A stretch of 63,975 bases of DNA, filler included, from Dicyema japonicum (GCA_011109175.1; 5 parts of 5 records of this genome joined end to end with filler, not necessarily neighbours in it), one strand, 5' to 3'. Counted from the whole stretch's first letter, positions 1 to 13,961 are shown. Notes: generated by a model from the sequence alone, not told the origin. Translations and numbers: made by a program.

Positions 1-934
1 AGTCAAAAAAGTTAAAGTTCCTGCAACTTGATTAACAACTTGTTGAGCGGATAGATTCGATGGAATCAAAAGTATTCTAATGTCTTTAAATTTTAAGATG
101 CATTGTTGAACGATGCATTAATATCCACTAAAGCAGAATTCTTCGTTAAGCAACTTTCTCACGACTATTTCAAAAACTCTTTTTGATTTTTATCCAAATT
201 TAAGAAAAGGCATGGATTTCGGATGAGGAAATTACATGTGAAAATGTGCACTAAAAAGTGTCGATATTGATGGGTTCCTCTAAGAATTTCAAGAAGTTTC
301 AGTCATTTACCTTTGATCAGATTCGTAACCTGGATGAAACTGGGATTTTTTGGATGACCGGATTTATTTTTATTAACTGGATGATAAATTTGATAACTTT
401 TGAGGGAGAAAAAAAATCAATTTTGCTCCTTATAGATTATGTCCTTCTCATTCGTTACCATCTAAGTTGGAAAATATTAAAATAATGTTCTTTCCTTAAA
501 ATGCTTCAGGAATAATTCAGCCAATTGATTTGGGAATTATTAAAACATTCAAAGACACAAATTGAAGTATCTTAGTGGATTATTTGAAAAAGAAAACATG
601 TCAGTTTATGAATCATATAAAAATTTGAACCTTACAACATTGTTCTTTTTACAAAAATAGCCTGAGAAGATGTATCCCCTAAAACAATCAAAAATTGTTT
701 TCAAATTCTAAAATAATCGTGTACTAGCACACCTTTAGTAAATGTGAACATAAGAAAATTATCTAATACGGATATTCACGATCCGATTGAAATTGAATAA
801 TTTATGTCTATAAATTATTCTGAAACAATGCAATAGATGAAAAAGAAATGATATCATTAATTAATGATAATTCCCAAATGTGCTGCAAAAAATGGTGGAA
901 GCAAAAATGGCAAATTTGGGATAGTTTACTGTAT
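1..934 (+). mobile_element. pogo/Tigger-like DNA transposon remnant (HTH + DDE_1)
   Basis: Translates in pieces to LVExIDSMESK..ALISTKAEFFVKQL..KFKKRHG and FDQIRNLDETGIFW. Ends in a TIR-like AGTTTACTG-TA near 925-934. Apparent 26-nt intron at 72-97. Related copies at ~18545 and ~32230. Confidence 0.75.
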
Positions 935-1162
935 GTATAAGTTTTAGAAATTGTTTTGGAAATTCGTTCCTTATCTTTTCCTGAGTTCTAATATTTTTAA
1001 TAATTATGAAAGTACAAACCTGTCTCTAAATAAAAACTGATAGTACACAAAAAACAACTTATAACGTGTAATTAAAAAAATAAAAAATACCTAACGTTCC
1101 CGAGATGTAGAGTAGAATGCACAGTCCTACTTTTACTTGTAGTCTATTATGTGCTATTGCTT

Positions 1163-1400
1163 TCATGATTTATTGTAGTAAGCTCGGTTTTTTGTTCGTT
1201 CATTTTCAGGAACCACTCTCCAAACACTCCTGGAGGATGAATCAAACGATTCTGATAATCGTCTAGCAACGTTTTTAGTGTAATTTGTTGTTTGAGAAAT
1301 TCTTTGACCAAGAATAGTTTTCGTATTTGTTCTCTGTGAAATCAGTCGAGTTGTTCCATATCTTTCTTTGATGTTCTCCAAGTTCATGGGTGAACATGAA
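1163..1400 (-). mobile_element. possible Tc1/mariner transposase N-terminal remnant
   Basis: ARRLSESFDSSSRSVWRVV resembles the second HTH of mariner-like transposases; no catalytic domain seen. Confidence 0.3.
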
Positions 1401-2071
1401 GACTGGTCAACTTAAGTAATAGACGGAATAAAAATTTATAGATTTAAGCCAACTCCCCTATCTTCAAATAAAAAGTCAGACAAACTTAATGATGATTACA
1501 CTTGGTTAATGGCCAACATCAGTAAACATTTTTCGAGTTTTTTCTCGAAGTAGCTTTTTCACAGTTCTGATAAGTTTATCAACAAAAACAAGTAATATAC
1601 TTTAAATCAAAGTGAGAACTCTATTATGGTATTCAGACATACAGCAAGGCATGGGAATTACTCCCAATGTTTTGGAAGAGCAATTGGGCCTTTCCGGGAA
1701 CTCCCTTCAGCAGTACTGCAAGCTACTGAATAAACCTGATGAAATTTGACGTGCTAGGGTAAGCAGGCCATTTGTCTTAAAAAAGATCGGCTGGTTCCCC
1801 AATTCTATGGTTCATTGAATGATCGTGTAAAACCAAATTGTAAGGAGATCAATTCGAAGATTTTTAAAAATTTCGGGTAGATCCATAATGTAAGGGGATA
1901 ACTCGAAAAACTTATCATTTTTCAAAAAAGAAAACATTATTCACGTCGATGGGGAAAGTAAATGTGTTAAAAAGATATTGTGGTTATTGGAATAAACCGG
2001 CGAATGTAAAAATTACTGAGACAATCTCTAAGGATGCGGATAATATTTAGGAATTTTTACAAAAATCAAAT

Positions 2072-2185
2072 GTACGATCATACTTGGCCGTAAGCACCCG
2101 TTCTCAGCGACCACGGAAGTTAAGCGGTTATAGGCTGTGTAAGTACTTGGCTGGGTGACCGCCTGGGAACTCACAGTGTCGTACT
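2072..2185 (+). rRNA. 5S rRNA
   Basis: 5' GTACGA pairs with 3' TCGTAC. Box A AGTTAAGC and box C AGTACTTGGCTGGGTGACCGCCTGGG are close to the eukaryotic consensus. Followed by a T-run. Confidence 0.93.
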
Positions 2186-2189
2186 TTTT
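2185..2189 (+). terminator. Pol III T5 terminator of 5S gene
   Basis: TTTTT directly after helix I 3' strand. Confidence 0.8.
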
Positions 2190-2550
2190 ACTATAACTTA
2201 CTATTGAGGAAAATGCTTGATTGTACCTACATCTTTTCCATCTCGAGACTTGCTGGTTCCGCGTTTCTTTTTTAAGATCGCTTGGATAATTGATTTCGAA
2301 AGTTAGCAATGAGCGTCGGGAAACTGAATGGTTGTTCCAAAGGATTTATCTTGATTTGTCAGTGGAAACTGCTATTCTATCAGCTGGATTATTTTATTTT
2401 CTTGTTTCGAATAAATTGTTTTTTTAGAAATAATTAATTTTTAGGCAAATTATATTCTCAAAAAAACAAAAATTGAAGTTGAGTTTCCTTATTAGGTATG
2501 CTAAGATTATTCTGAATTTGATAAATTTAAGTTGCCAAGGATGCAACCTA

Positions 2551-2760
2551 TGGTACCATGATATACAAAAAGCTAACGGTTGCCGGGCAAGAGGCCTGAA
2601 GGTTGCAAGTTCGAATCCCGATACTGTACATTTCGGTTAATGGTTCCACACATCAATATGCTTTTGCTTGACGAGTGGCGCCGTCATCATGTGAACTTTA
2701 CTGCGGAACCGTATCGTCTATAAAGGACATACACACAATAAAAAGAAAACAAAGAAGTGA
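2551..2760 (+). mobile_element. tRNA-derived SINE, copy 1
   Basis: B-box GTTCGAATCC, core GACGAGTGGCGCCGTCATCA..GCGGAACCG..AAAGGAC and tail AAGAAGTGAAG, shared with copies at ~33553, ~57185 and ~58461. Confidence 0.65.
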
Positions 2761-3229
2761 AGAGCATTCCTTGATTCTCCTTCGATTAGCTATTTATCAC
2801 TGATAGTATAGTATTTGGAATCAATGATTTTGACGCGCCAGTCTAGGGGGTTTGTGATAAATTATTGTTGTCTCTAAAAGGCCGCATAGCACATGTCGAG
2901 ATCAAGTCGTGCATTTTTTCAATCCAGGTTCTCATCAAAACACTAAAGTTAAAAAACAACGATCATAAAATTAATTATGAAATTTATGGCTACATGGTGA
3001 CGTAAATCACATTCATATCCGCCGCTGTGAGAATCTCTTCAGTAAATTAAGGAAGAGTATCGATGTGAGAATTAAACCCATAATTTATCTCGAGCAGGTT
3101 AAAAGAAAGGGGAGCTACCCCAAAAGCGATCTGACGAGTAAGGGAAAGAGAATAGTTTTTCTTCATGCCATTGGCACTTGGTGCCCCCAAAATAGGAGAA
3201 CCGCATGACAATGTGGTAACATGTGAAAA

Positions 3230-3480
3230 ATCATTCTAAGATCCCCTTGCATTATGTAAGTACGTAATCTTGGCGTCGTCCTGGACAAAATTCACTCCTT
3301 ACATGAAAGGATAAGCTTTTTTACTAAGTCAAACAGATTCTACTCTTGTAACTCCACTGTCGAGCCGTCAATACGAAGGGATGGCCGCGGGTTACTCCGG
3401 TTCTGCAAGAACACGGAATCCACTATGTTTCTCCTTGGCGCAATCTGAAAATGTAAGACCTATACTCAGACATCAGTCCC
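3230..3480 (+). mobile_element. decayed LINE RT C-terminal fragment
   Basis: RNLGVVLDK motif at ~3265-3290; otherwise degenerate. Confidence 0.3.
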
Positions 3481-4244
3481 CCATCGACTTCCTGCAAAAG
3501 GCAAAAATCCAGACACTTTCGGTAAGAGGTTGGGTCCATCGATGAGCACAGGATGAAGATGGCGAAGTGGTTAGGGGAACCGTGATACCTTAAATGCAAC
3601 AGCTCAATACCACTACCGAAAGTCTTACAAATGTTAAATAGAAAAAAAATAAAAAATTAATTAGTAATAAAAAACGTGAAATAAATTATAGTTGTCATAA
3701 AAATGATTTCTGTTTGTCAAATACTCGAGTCAGAGACTACTCGAGTCTTCCGCAGCGAGCACTGCTGAAGATTCAAAATGGAGGACGTACCACTGCATCG
3801 TGGACCCGTTAGTTTTCCAGCATATCTCCGTTGAGATGTCTGGCCTTTATAGGCTAGTTTCAACACCCGAAAGTAGATTTAAATATTTTTAATTAATTGT
3901 CGTCTTCCATCGCCTCTACTACTGTATGAAAGAAATTTTCTAATTCATGCAGAGGTATCGGATTGGAGAAGAGAACTTTTTTACAAATCAGTTTTTTTGT
4001 GATGCTCTTTATTTTGCTAAAAGTGTAGTTAATGAGAAAACTTTAAATAAAGGTGTTGTCGACACAAGCAGCTGGGCAAAAATAGACTCAAGGTCATGAG
4101 AGTCAAAAATGAAATAGGAAAGAGAATTAATCAATTATTCACTCACATTATATTTAGCTTTTAAAATCGTAGAACAATTTCAAATCGATACTTTATGAAA
4201 NNNNNNNNNNNNNNNNNNNNNNNNNNNNNNNNNNNNNNNNNNNN

Positions 4245-4256
4245 TTAATTAATTAA
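4245..4256. other. artificial contig spacer TTAATTAATTAA (also 36021-36032, 61318-61329, 62815-62826)
   Basis: Identical palindromic 12-mer with stops in all six frames, each copy centred in an N-run. Confidence 0.95.
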
Positions 4257-6169
4257 NNNNNNNNNNNNNNNNNNNNNNNNNNNNNNNNNNNNNNNNNNNN
4301 ACATCTTAACGATATATTACGTTTAGCAACTAGTCAGATTAATGAGTAAAATAACTTCACTTGTTTGTAATCATTTTTAACTAATAAATCTGCAAGCGTT
4401 GCCCTGCAACGGTTAGTTCCCGGCAAAACAGATAGTTTGTGCGTTACAGCTCACGATTGCAAACGAAACGAGATCCTCTGTCTCAACCAAGAGGATTCTC
4501 TTATATCCTTATTTTTGCGACCGATAATGATTTTTTTCTCGTTTGGCAGGATCGCATACAAAAATAAATTATGGCCTGCGAAGACAAAAAATCCTGCCGA
4601 CCCCTGTCTTAGACAGTTGTGCGATCTGAATACTTCTGTTGGTCGGTGTTCCAGTCTGTAAAGCCCATTGTCAGAGTGCTGTGAAAGTAGATACATTTAC
4701 ATAAGACTGACGAATTTAGTTTGATCACGTGATCAACAATGAGCCTCAGCAAATCCAAATCAAGTGAATTTCAAACCTAAACGTGACAATTTTACTAGTG
4801 CGATATAAACTAAGTCCGCTGGTTCTCTGGAATGACTGACCTGTATCCTATAACTGATGGACGATTAAGGAGACCCAATGCCTATCCAACAGGTCATGTG
4901 CTCTGACTCGACACTTTTCTCCAGACATTTGAAGTCGATTGGATGTCCTCAGGTGTAAAAAAATAAGAGACCCTTTTGGATTTTTCCTTGATTTTGCAGT
5001 TTGTTGAAGAGACTATGAGATTCTTCTCCGTCCAGGGTGGGAATGAGGTTTTGGTTTTTACTTGACTGGAGATTTTTTTGTTGAAGCGTTATTGATTGCT
5101 GGCTAACTATTTTAAATATCTAAAAGAGAGGAAATTATTTTGAACAGTGGTGGTGCAATTAATAATAGAATAGAATGCTCATAGAATTTGTGATATAGTC
5201 ATGAAAAATGAAATGAAGAACTAAAACCGGGAAATTGGTAAACAAAAGATAGCAGGACAATTTTCTCGCATTTATCTGCTCTTTTGGTACTTTCTGGTTT
5301 TTTTAATCAAGCATACAAGTGATGACTTGCTTAAACGTGGCCTCACTCTTTTTTGTATTACAAAGAAGACTCTGTAATTGTTTTCCTTGATTAGATCTTT
5401 GAGACTTTTTTGGGAAAAAGTCTATGTCTGAATTTTGAGGGTTGACACGAGGTATAGGATGTCTCTTTTGGAATACAACGAGTAATGAAAAGTGCCTTTT
5501 CTTTGATCCACATATTCTCGGCTCTCTACGACTGTACAAAAAACATATTGTACAAAAAATATTTATTCAGTTTTCTCCTCTGAAACTCGGTGATCGTCGT
5601 TCCTAGTAGATGTTTTTTTATGCTCCCAAATCTCTCAGGTCGCCCAATTTGCCTGTTTGTCTCCTGGGCTTCACGGGGATGGACACTCAGATGTAAAATT
5701 TATCACTTCTGAGCTGCAAGTATTATTGGACGAGTGAATAAACTAAAATATAAAATCTAACTTTAACCGAGCAAATGATTCAAAATGGCACCAATTCGGC
5801 AGATTTGCTTATCGAGAAAATTAAGGAAATGCAGACTTTTCCGTATGTTTCTCCACATCGATGTTGGTCTCGTCAAATTACATTGCAAGAAGATTTTGGT
5901 GTCTGTCCTGGGATGGTTGGATTTATTGGACGAAAAACTTTGTCCTGATTTAGTAATAATTTCTTTAAGTTTACTCAAAATATAAAAAGATGAGTCATAA
6001 AAATTAGAAATAATTTTCTCAAGCTTAATGACAAGGATTTNGTTTACTAGTAATAAGATAATAGTGTTGCTATTAAACTTTGAAGGGATCTGAGATCAGT
6101 CTTTGCACGTTGTGATGTAGAAAACAATTATTGGTCTTCACCCGCTTTCTTCTCGCAAAAGCTCTGGGA

Positions 6170-6700
6170 GGATCCCCAGGCACGTGGAGCTTAACAGCAT
6201 CGTCAAACGTCTGCTGGAGCAACTGGCATTCCGTGCCAGCTGGAGCCCTCTGGCCTTAACAGGGAAGATGGTAAGAGGCCAGACGGCGTCTCGCTCTTCC
6301 CGTACAAGTGCGGTAAAGCGATCGTCTGGGACGCGACATGCTCTGACACTTTTGCGTCACATGTCTTCTCGCGTCTGCGACCGAAGCCGGGACAGCGCTA
6401 CCAAAGCGGAGGTTCGCAAAACAAATAAATATGGATCTCTACTGGACAGATTCTTATTCGAACCTGTGTCCGTCGAAACTTCTGGCACTCTAGGACCATC
6501 AACGCTACGTTTCCTCACCGAGAGAGGTCGCCATCTCGGGAAAATTAGAAACGACCCCCGCGAGCTCAGTCGGCTTTTTGAGCGTGTCTCAATAGCCGTA
6601 CTTAGGGGAACAGTTTCTCAATTCTCTCGGCGGCTAGTAGCTGATTACCTTTCGTTCCTTACTTTTGATTATTCGCATCTTTGTTAAAAAAAACAAAAAA
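6170..6700 (+). mobile_element. CRE-type non-LTR retrotransposon, 3' fragment (RLE)
   Basis: [24 protein letters not shown] (frame-shifted), then FEPVSVETSGTLG..ERVSIAVLRG and an A-rich tail. Confidence 0.85.
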
Positions 6701-6779
6701 AATTATTCTATAAATATTTATTATTTTTAAAAGAGTAAGTCTTTTATTCAAAACAGATTTTGATAATTAAGAAATATGG

Positions 6780-8900
6780 ATGCGAGACATCTAACTAAGA
6801 TGGTTGGGCTTTACTGAAGATCGCGAGGAAATATGACCTTAATGTCTGGACTTCTTAGGAACTCAATCATTTTTGCTTCAGTGGAGGTGATCGCCTTGGA
6901 CTATTTCTATCTTCCGCGTCTGTCAGTCTCTTTTGCGACACGCCCAGATAGAACTGGACACTGGGAGTGACCATCTGCCCCAATCAATGTTGTTACGGAC
7001 GTCCACGACGTTGGTGTCAGATCTCTTCACTGGGTACGACGTGTCTCCTGTGCAATGGCCCATGTTCAACATATACATGGGTGCAGCCTTGGAACCCTTC
7101 TCCCACATGCACCTGTCCACAAGTGAAAGCATTGATCGTCTCGATATGGCCCTACGAAGGCATATGGTGACCTTTCTGGACAGATTCGCATCTAAGAAAC
7201 TTATGAAATCCCAGGGATCTTGCGTGAAGAGGACCGAAACTAGACTATCTGAGCTAGTCAGAGACAAGGCGCGACTAGAAAGCAAAAGAAGGAGGTGTTT
7301 CGAATCTGAGGACTCCCGAAGTCTAAATACCAGAATCAGCACCCTGAAGAGTCAGATCGATGAGCTGACTAAAGCTAACACAGATGCGGCATGGAAGAGA
7401 GAATGTTTAAAACTGAACATGAAAAATCCTATATTCTGGGAACTATAAAAAATAATGAGCGGGACGGAGGCGAAGGGAGAAGAAATCATATTTAAATCGG
7501 AGGATGGAGCCCTTGTTTCAACTGAGGAAGTCGCGGAGGTCTTCCGCCAGCAGCTAGCAGGGATTCAGGAGGCGGACCCCTCGTCAATCTTGCCTCGGGA
7601 AGTATTCTAGGAGTCGGGTCGAAATTCCAGCTAAAAATATGTATTGGATGGACCCTTGTGCAGGAAATAACCATAAAAGAGACGATCGAAGCAATCAGAA
7701 GTTGTAAGAACAATGCACCTGGATTTGACTTCATCCCTATGGAGATGTTCAAGAAAGCACCCGGATGCCTGCTTCGTATCCTGGTAAAACTATTCAATGC
7801 CAGTTGGGACAATGGTCACGTCCCATCTGGCTGGAAACGAACAATCGTCTGGGGATTTAGACCTGGTCGATCAACCGGTCACTGTTTCACACTTTTTGAG
7901 GAAGAACTGTCTCGGACCAAACTCCATAAAGCCTGCCTAACTGCGGTTTGCATCTACGTATGCAAGGCCTCTGACAGTGTCTGGCGCTTGGGGTTGTTAG
8001 AGAAAGTGGCGGAATCGGGTGCTGGGCGGAAACTGTCAGATGGCTACAGGGTTTCTTGTGCGAGAGAAAATCGGTCATTCGTTGTGGAAATTTATTATCG
8101 AAGGCCGTGAATCTGAGGAGAGGGGTTCCTCAGGGATCAGTTCTTAACCCCTTGCTCTTCAATATATTTCTGGCCGACGTCCGAAACCGCATTTTCCTAC
8201 GAGCAGAATAATTATCTACGCGGACGATATCTCGGTCACGAATGTCTCGATGTGGGGACCACGACACAGAAAGAGGTTGTCCTGGTGGAGACTAGAACCG
8301 TACTTGTTGAACTTGAAATCTAGTGCAATGGTAAAGGCTTGAATCTCGCTCGGGACAAAAGCACTATTTGTTGGATTTCGATGGGTCGTGACAAAAAACC
8401 GACTTTCGAAGATTATGGGAACCTGATTATATCGAAGAACCTACGCTACTTGGGAGTAACAGTAGACACCACAGGGTCTTACAAACTCCATGTGCACGCA
8501 AAGCGGAAACAATGTGCGAAAACCCTAAAAAGACTGAGGCGTTTCCGTCTAAGCACAGAAACGTTCCTATACATTTACCAGACCTGTGTTCAGCCACTAT
8601 ATATCTATGGTTCGGAGGGATGGTATCAAACAGACGAAAGGGACCGTCTCATCTCTAAACTCGAGAAAACCAGACGACTTGCTATTAAACTGGCATTCAG
8701 TCTGGAGCTCAACAGTCCGCTGGAGGACTTACATGAGCGGAGTATTGCCACGATAGAAGCGATCCTGTCCAAAACCCGAGTTCGTGGAGGGAAATAAGAG
8801 AAATCTCTCGGGGCAAAACCGGAGTTGAGACCTTAGTGGTTCTTGTTCTCAAGCCCCCTAAGCGCTAATTCCTTGGCTCTTTTCTTTTGAAATATTGTAT
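6780..8900 (+). mobile_element. decayed APE-type LINE (I/Jockey group): endonuclease end + RT
   Basis: GSDHLP, APGFDFIP..MFK, GFRPGRST, GVPQGSVLNPLLFNIF, YADD and LRYLGVTVD spread across frames. Confidence 0.85.
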
Positions 8901-9960
8901 TCAATAAACCATATTCTTCTCTTCTATAGAAAATATATTCGAAAAATTAACTGCAGTTAATATTCTGTATTAAGTGTTTTTTTATAATTGAGTAAATTAT
9001 TATAAATAAATAATCAAAATAAATGTATATAAACTGACTGTAATTATACAATTGGTATGTTTAAAGAAATTTGTTCTTTAAATATAATAATGCGCGTAAT
9101 TCTTGCGGTAATGTTTTTTGATCTGAAAATAGTTTTTCTTCGCTGATTACACTCGCCTTATCCTTATGCTCCTCGGAACCAATCGTCATTGAACTTAAAT
9201 GTTCTGATGGCATTCCTCAAATTCGACAATTTCAGCTGAGTTTCCCATTTCAGTATTAACAGTGTTAAATGTGCTTAGATTAGGGTTTAATAGCGACATT
9301 TATTGCTCGAAGGTCAAGAACCAGGTTGGACTTAGTAAAATTCATGAAGCGCCAATTTATTTTTTAATTTTTGTTTGCGTTATTTGCTTTTTATATTGCA
9401 TGACTGTTATTCAAATATTGTGCATCTTTCCGCACTTATATAGAACGATAATTCTCAAAAAATTGGTATTTAAACTACCTCACAAATACTAGGATATGTT
9501 CATTTCATTTGCTTGCTCAATATTGTGTCTCCTTGCAAGTATCCGGTGGAGCAAACATATTATCGATCTCCGGCACTCTTTAGACCTTCGTCAAATCACG
9601 TTTTGCTCGATTCGTGATCACAAATGTGCCTTCATTGAGAGACCAAAACTCATAATCATATCTGTTTTCTGAAGTTTTAATTTTGGTTAACATAAATCAG
9701 GTTTTTTCTTATATTCAAATTTTTCTGTGGATCATCTCCTTTTCGTCAAAACATAACAAAGAAAGTTTAATCTCCATAATCTCCAGAGAAAATATACATT
9801 TTTAAAATAATAGTCACTAATCGACTACAACTAAAATTTTTTTAATTTCAAATTAAATCGATGACTAATTTGGCGCGTCATTTCATAAAGTACAGTGTAT
9901 AGTAAATAAATCAATTTGTTGGCAAGCATAAGTCGGCCAGTGAATTTCAGAGCTTATTTA

Positions 9961-10060
9961 TTAACCCCTCTCATATAATAGAGCATTTCTAACGCATGAT
10001 TCACTATAAACAGACAATATTATTAAGGCAAGTCTTACATCACTCACTAGTGAGGGTTAA
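9961..10060. mobile_element. possible piggyBac-like MITE
   Basis: TTAA-CCCCTCTCA ... GTGAGGG-TTAA imperfect termini flanked by TTAA. Confidence 0.35.
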
Positions 10061-10458
10061 GTGTCCAAAATTCGTATTGCCGATTTAAATATATTATAAA
10101 TAAACGCATGGACGTATTTTACTGGATTGTACAGATTATCAAAAAACTAATTAAGAGAGTCCATAGCTTGAAGAACCAACACAAATTCGACATAATAGCT
10201 CCTCTTTTTTCGTAAACTTTTATGAAGACTTTCAAGGTTCTTTGTTTCTTTTAAACTAATTGAACTGTCTTTAGGTCGTCATTCAGTATACTTGAATCTA
10301 TAAGTTAAAGGTTGGTATCTTTTGAGACAAATTTAGGCATTGATGGTATGCCACTAGCTTAACAATCGTTTCACGACTTTGAAATTTATTAGAATTTTCT
10401 GTTCATATTTAAAAAAGAGCACTGAAAAGTTCAAGGAAGAAAGTAATATTAAAAATAA

Positions 10459-11234
10459 TTAAAATTTTTTAAGAGCATCGAATCTTTTGGTAAGATCATC
10501 AAAGTCAAAGTCGGCGTTAGAGTCAGTGTTATCATATCCAGGACATTCAGTTCCCTTTTCAGCACCACCAGTATTATCAATATCATCGGGTTTATTATCC
10601 AAATTTTCCTCACAATTGGTCAAGAAAGGAGTATCATGTATGTCGAACCCGATGCTGGGAGGGGAAATATTCGAAAGCGCTATTTCGGGGTTAGGTTCGT
10701 AGGCGATATTGGCAACTTTGGCTATTTCCACCAGGTAACTTTCGACAACCCGCTTATCAGGGACTCTGTAAGTAAGGTTCTTGACCAAGACGGGGTTAAC
10801 GTTTTTAACAGAGTTAGCAGCACAAATTTTGACAAATTCTCCGCCATATTTTTTGGTCAAAATAGAAAATATTTTGTTCAGTTCAGGCACATCACATGCC
10901 AAATAATTCTTAGCCCAGATGACACTGGCAACTGCCTCCTCCAAGGCGGGAGGAACACTCTTGGACTCCCTTAGCACACCCAGGCGGAGAGTATTAGGTC
11001 GCAATAGAGCTCGGTCATTTCCATCGATTCTATGAGGTAGTCTTCCCTCAAAATTGACTCGACGCGAATTCTTGCTCGATTTGTTTTCCCATTTTTCAAA
11101 TGTTCGGCAATTTCTAATCTCGATCGTTTGGATAGTTCAGTTTTCTTAATTTGCAGATGTTTTAGACGTGTTATCGATAATTGGAGAGATACTTTTAAAG
11201 ATTCCAATGGCATTCCTGACCAACAAACAAACAA
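10459..11234 (-). CDS. IST1: IST1 (ESCRT-III associated), intronless here; one frameshift near 10986; start uncertain (ATG at 11213 or an upstream exon)
   Basis: KKTELSKRSRLEIAEHLKNGKTNRARIRVESILREDYLIESMEMTELYCDLIL joins RLGVL..VASVIWA..VESYLVEIAK if one C is added in a CC run. C-terminal FDDLTKRFDALK is the MIM motif. Confidence 0.9.
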
Positions 11235-11884
11235 GTAATTTATTTAAAAAGATATTGATTAAAATTTACAAACTCAAAAATAATATAGTAATTTGCAGCG
11301 TGTCGTCGTCGAACTGACCCTCAAGTCTGCGACACTCTTGTTTTTTTGCTTTTTTCTTGTTACTTGGTTTCAAATAAAAAGTGTTATTTAAAAAAAAAGA
11401 TGATAATTTGATGTATGTTGTCACCGGCGCATAAATGGACACGTTCAAAATTCCATTTTTGAGCAATATGGCCATACAAAATACATGTTAATTTTTTTCA
11501 AAGTCCCACTTTAAATCCATTTTTAATAATTTTGGTACATGTTGAAAGAAGCCAAATTAGGGAAAAACCAACATGACACTAACATCAACGCTGTTTATTG
11601 AATATCGAGAAGTCTATTTGATTTTGGGTCAACAATTGACAAAATAGTGAGTTGAAATTGTACAAAAGCGATTAAAATTGAGATAATAATTAAACTCTAC
11701 ATTAGAAAATAAAAACCACCCCTAACCCTAACAAAATCTTAAACAAAACTGGACTTGGAAAAATTTGGATGAAAAAATTGTAAACAAAATCGTTAGTCAA
11801 TTTTTGTAATTCTTGATACACGTACGTTAGTTTTTTCACCATTCTCATCTTCGATCAAGTACATGTCATTTTTTCGATCTACCA

Positions 11885-12183
11885 CAGTGCTTTCCGATTC
11901 GTTTTGAGTTCGCTCCCCAAAAATTTTAAAAGCCGACGTGGCACCCCCATTTTTAAATCTAACAGAGAATTTTATTAAAAAATCATTTAAAAAATTATTT
12001 AGGTTCCTTGAGATTTTTCTTGCCTTTTAGTCTTAATTAATTCTTCGAAACGCGGTTTTTGTTTGCTAGTGCAATTCTGAGATCATTTTTAGGGCTAAGA
12101 GAGTTTCTGTTCTTATTTTTTATTTTAAAATCGTTCCAGGCACCCCCTAAAAAAATTTCAGGCACCCCAATCAAAAAGCACTG
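11885..12183. mobile_element. hAT-family MITE, 299 bp
   Basis: TIRs CAGTGCTTTCCGATT / CAGTGCTTTTTGATT and a perfect 8-bp TSD ATCTACCA at 11877-11884 and 12184-12191. Confidence 0.88.
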
Positions 12184-12479
12184 ATCTACCACAACATATT
12201 GGTTGGTTAATAATTCATCGTATAGTGGGAACCTTTGAATATTGGCATCATTGTCTTGTTTTGGAAATTTTTAAAAAAATTACTACCTTAGTAATACTTT
12301 AGCTCCGACTTTTATGTTCATCATATTTCCATCTTCTTTCTATCATTTCATCTCCAACGATAACAAGTTTCGAATACGCTTCTTTGAATGTAAATTAATG
12401 TAAGAACTCAATGCATTCAAACTTCAACTCAATGTCATCCTATGCGAAAAATCGCAATTGATTAAATTCTTAATAAAGA

Positions 12480-13199
12480 ATGCCTCCGTGCGGCATCCGC
12501 CCCTCACTCTGGCAGCTGGCTGAATGACCCTCTGTCCCTCTCTCCAGTATCGGGACATGGCTAGATGATGCTGCCATGCGGATCGGAGTCGCTCACCGAC
12601 TCGGCTTGGACGTTTGTGCTAAACACCGCTGCAGATGCGGTGAGATTGCTGACGAAAAGGGAACTGCACTCACTTTCCTGCAAAATGAGTGCAGGCAGGG
12701 CACACAGACATAAGGCCCTCAACGAAATCGTGAAGTCCGGCCTCGAATCAGCGGGCCATTCGTGCATCCTCAAACCGGTCGGACTCGATCGGGGCGACGG
12801 CAAAAGCCGACGGGGTGACAATATTCCCTTACTCGTCCGGGTGAGCCCTCGTATGGGACGTAACTGTTGTCGTTACGTTCTCAAAGTCGAGGATCGTCTC
12901 TTCCGCTGCGAACTCTCGTTCGCCTGCAAAACCATGCCGAAAAGATGAAAGTATTTCAGCCCTTGCGAACCGCTATCGTATTGTACCAATTGCCCTGGAG
13001 ACCGCTGGAGCCGTGGGAAAGGACACTCATTTGTTCCTTAACGAGGTCGGGCTGTCGATTGCGAGGAGGCTTAAGGACCCGAGAGAGAGTCTCTGGTTCC
13101 GCCAGCGCATCGGCCTGGCCATCGTTCGCGGCAGCGCACACTGCGTCCTTGCCGCTGGCAAAAATTTCACGGTTCATCCATGCTTTATTTTCAGGGTCG
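12480..13199 (+). mobile_element. CRE-type retrotransposon 3' part, internally deleted
   Basis: CRCG..HSLSCKMSAGRAHRHKALNEIV..LKPVGLDRGDGK and WFRQRIGLAIVRGSA. Confidence 0.85.
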
Positions 13200-13961
13200 N
13201 NNNNNNNNNNNNNNNNNNNNNNNNNNNNNNNNNNNNNNNNNNNNNNNNNNNNNNNNNNNNNNNNNNNNNNNNNNNNNNNNNNNNNNNNNNNNNNNNNNNN
13301 NNNNNNNNNNNNNNNNNNNNNNNNNNNNNNNNNNNNNNNNNNNNNNNNNNNNNNNNNNNNNNNNNNNNNNNNNNNNNNNNNNNNNNNNNNNNNNNNNNNN
13401 NNNNNNNNNNNNNNNNNNNNNNNNNNNNNNNNNNNNNNNNNNNNNNNNNNNNNNNNNNNNNNNNNNNNNNNNNNNNNNNNNNNNNNNNNNNNNNNNNNNN
13501 NNNNNNNNNNNNNNNNNNNNNNNNNNNNNNNNNNNNNNNNNNNNNNNNNNNNNNNNNNNNNNNNNNNNNNNNNNNNNNNNNNNNNNNNNNNNNNNNNNNN
13601 NNNNNNNNNNNNNNNNNNNNNNNNNNNNNNNNNNNNNNNNNNNNNNNNNNNNNNNNNNNNNNNNNNNNNNNNNNNNNNNNNNNNNNNNNNNNNNNNNNNN
13701 NNNNNNNNNNNNNNNNNNNNNNNNNNNNNNNNNNNNNNNNNNNNNNNNNNNNNNNNNNNNNNNNNNNNNNNNNNNNNNNNNNNNNNNNNNNNNNNNNNNN
13801 NNNNNNNNNNNNNNNNNNNNNNNNNNNNNNNNNNNNNNNNNNNNNNNNNNNNNNNNNNNNNNNNNNNNNNNNNNNNNNNNNNNNNNNNNNNNNNNNNNNN
13901 NNNNNNNNNNNNNNNNNNNNNNNNNNNNNNNNNNNNNNNNNNNNNNNNNNNNNNNNNNNNN

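Noticed and set aside
11724-11733. CCCTAACCCTAA as a telomere or CRE telomeric target
   Set aside because: Only two units, internal, and not adjacent to a CRE end.
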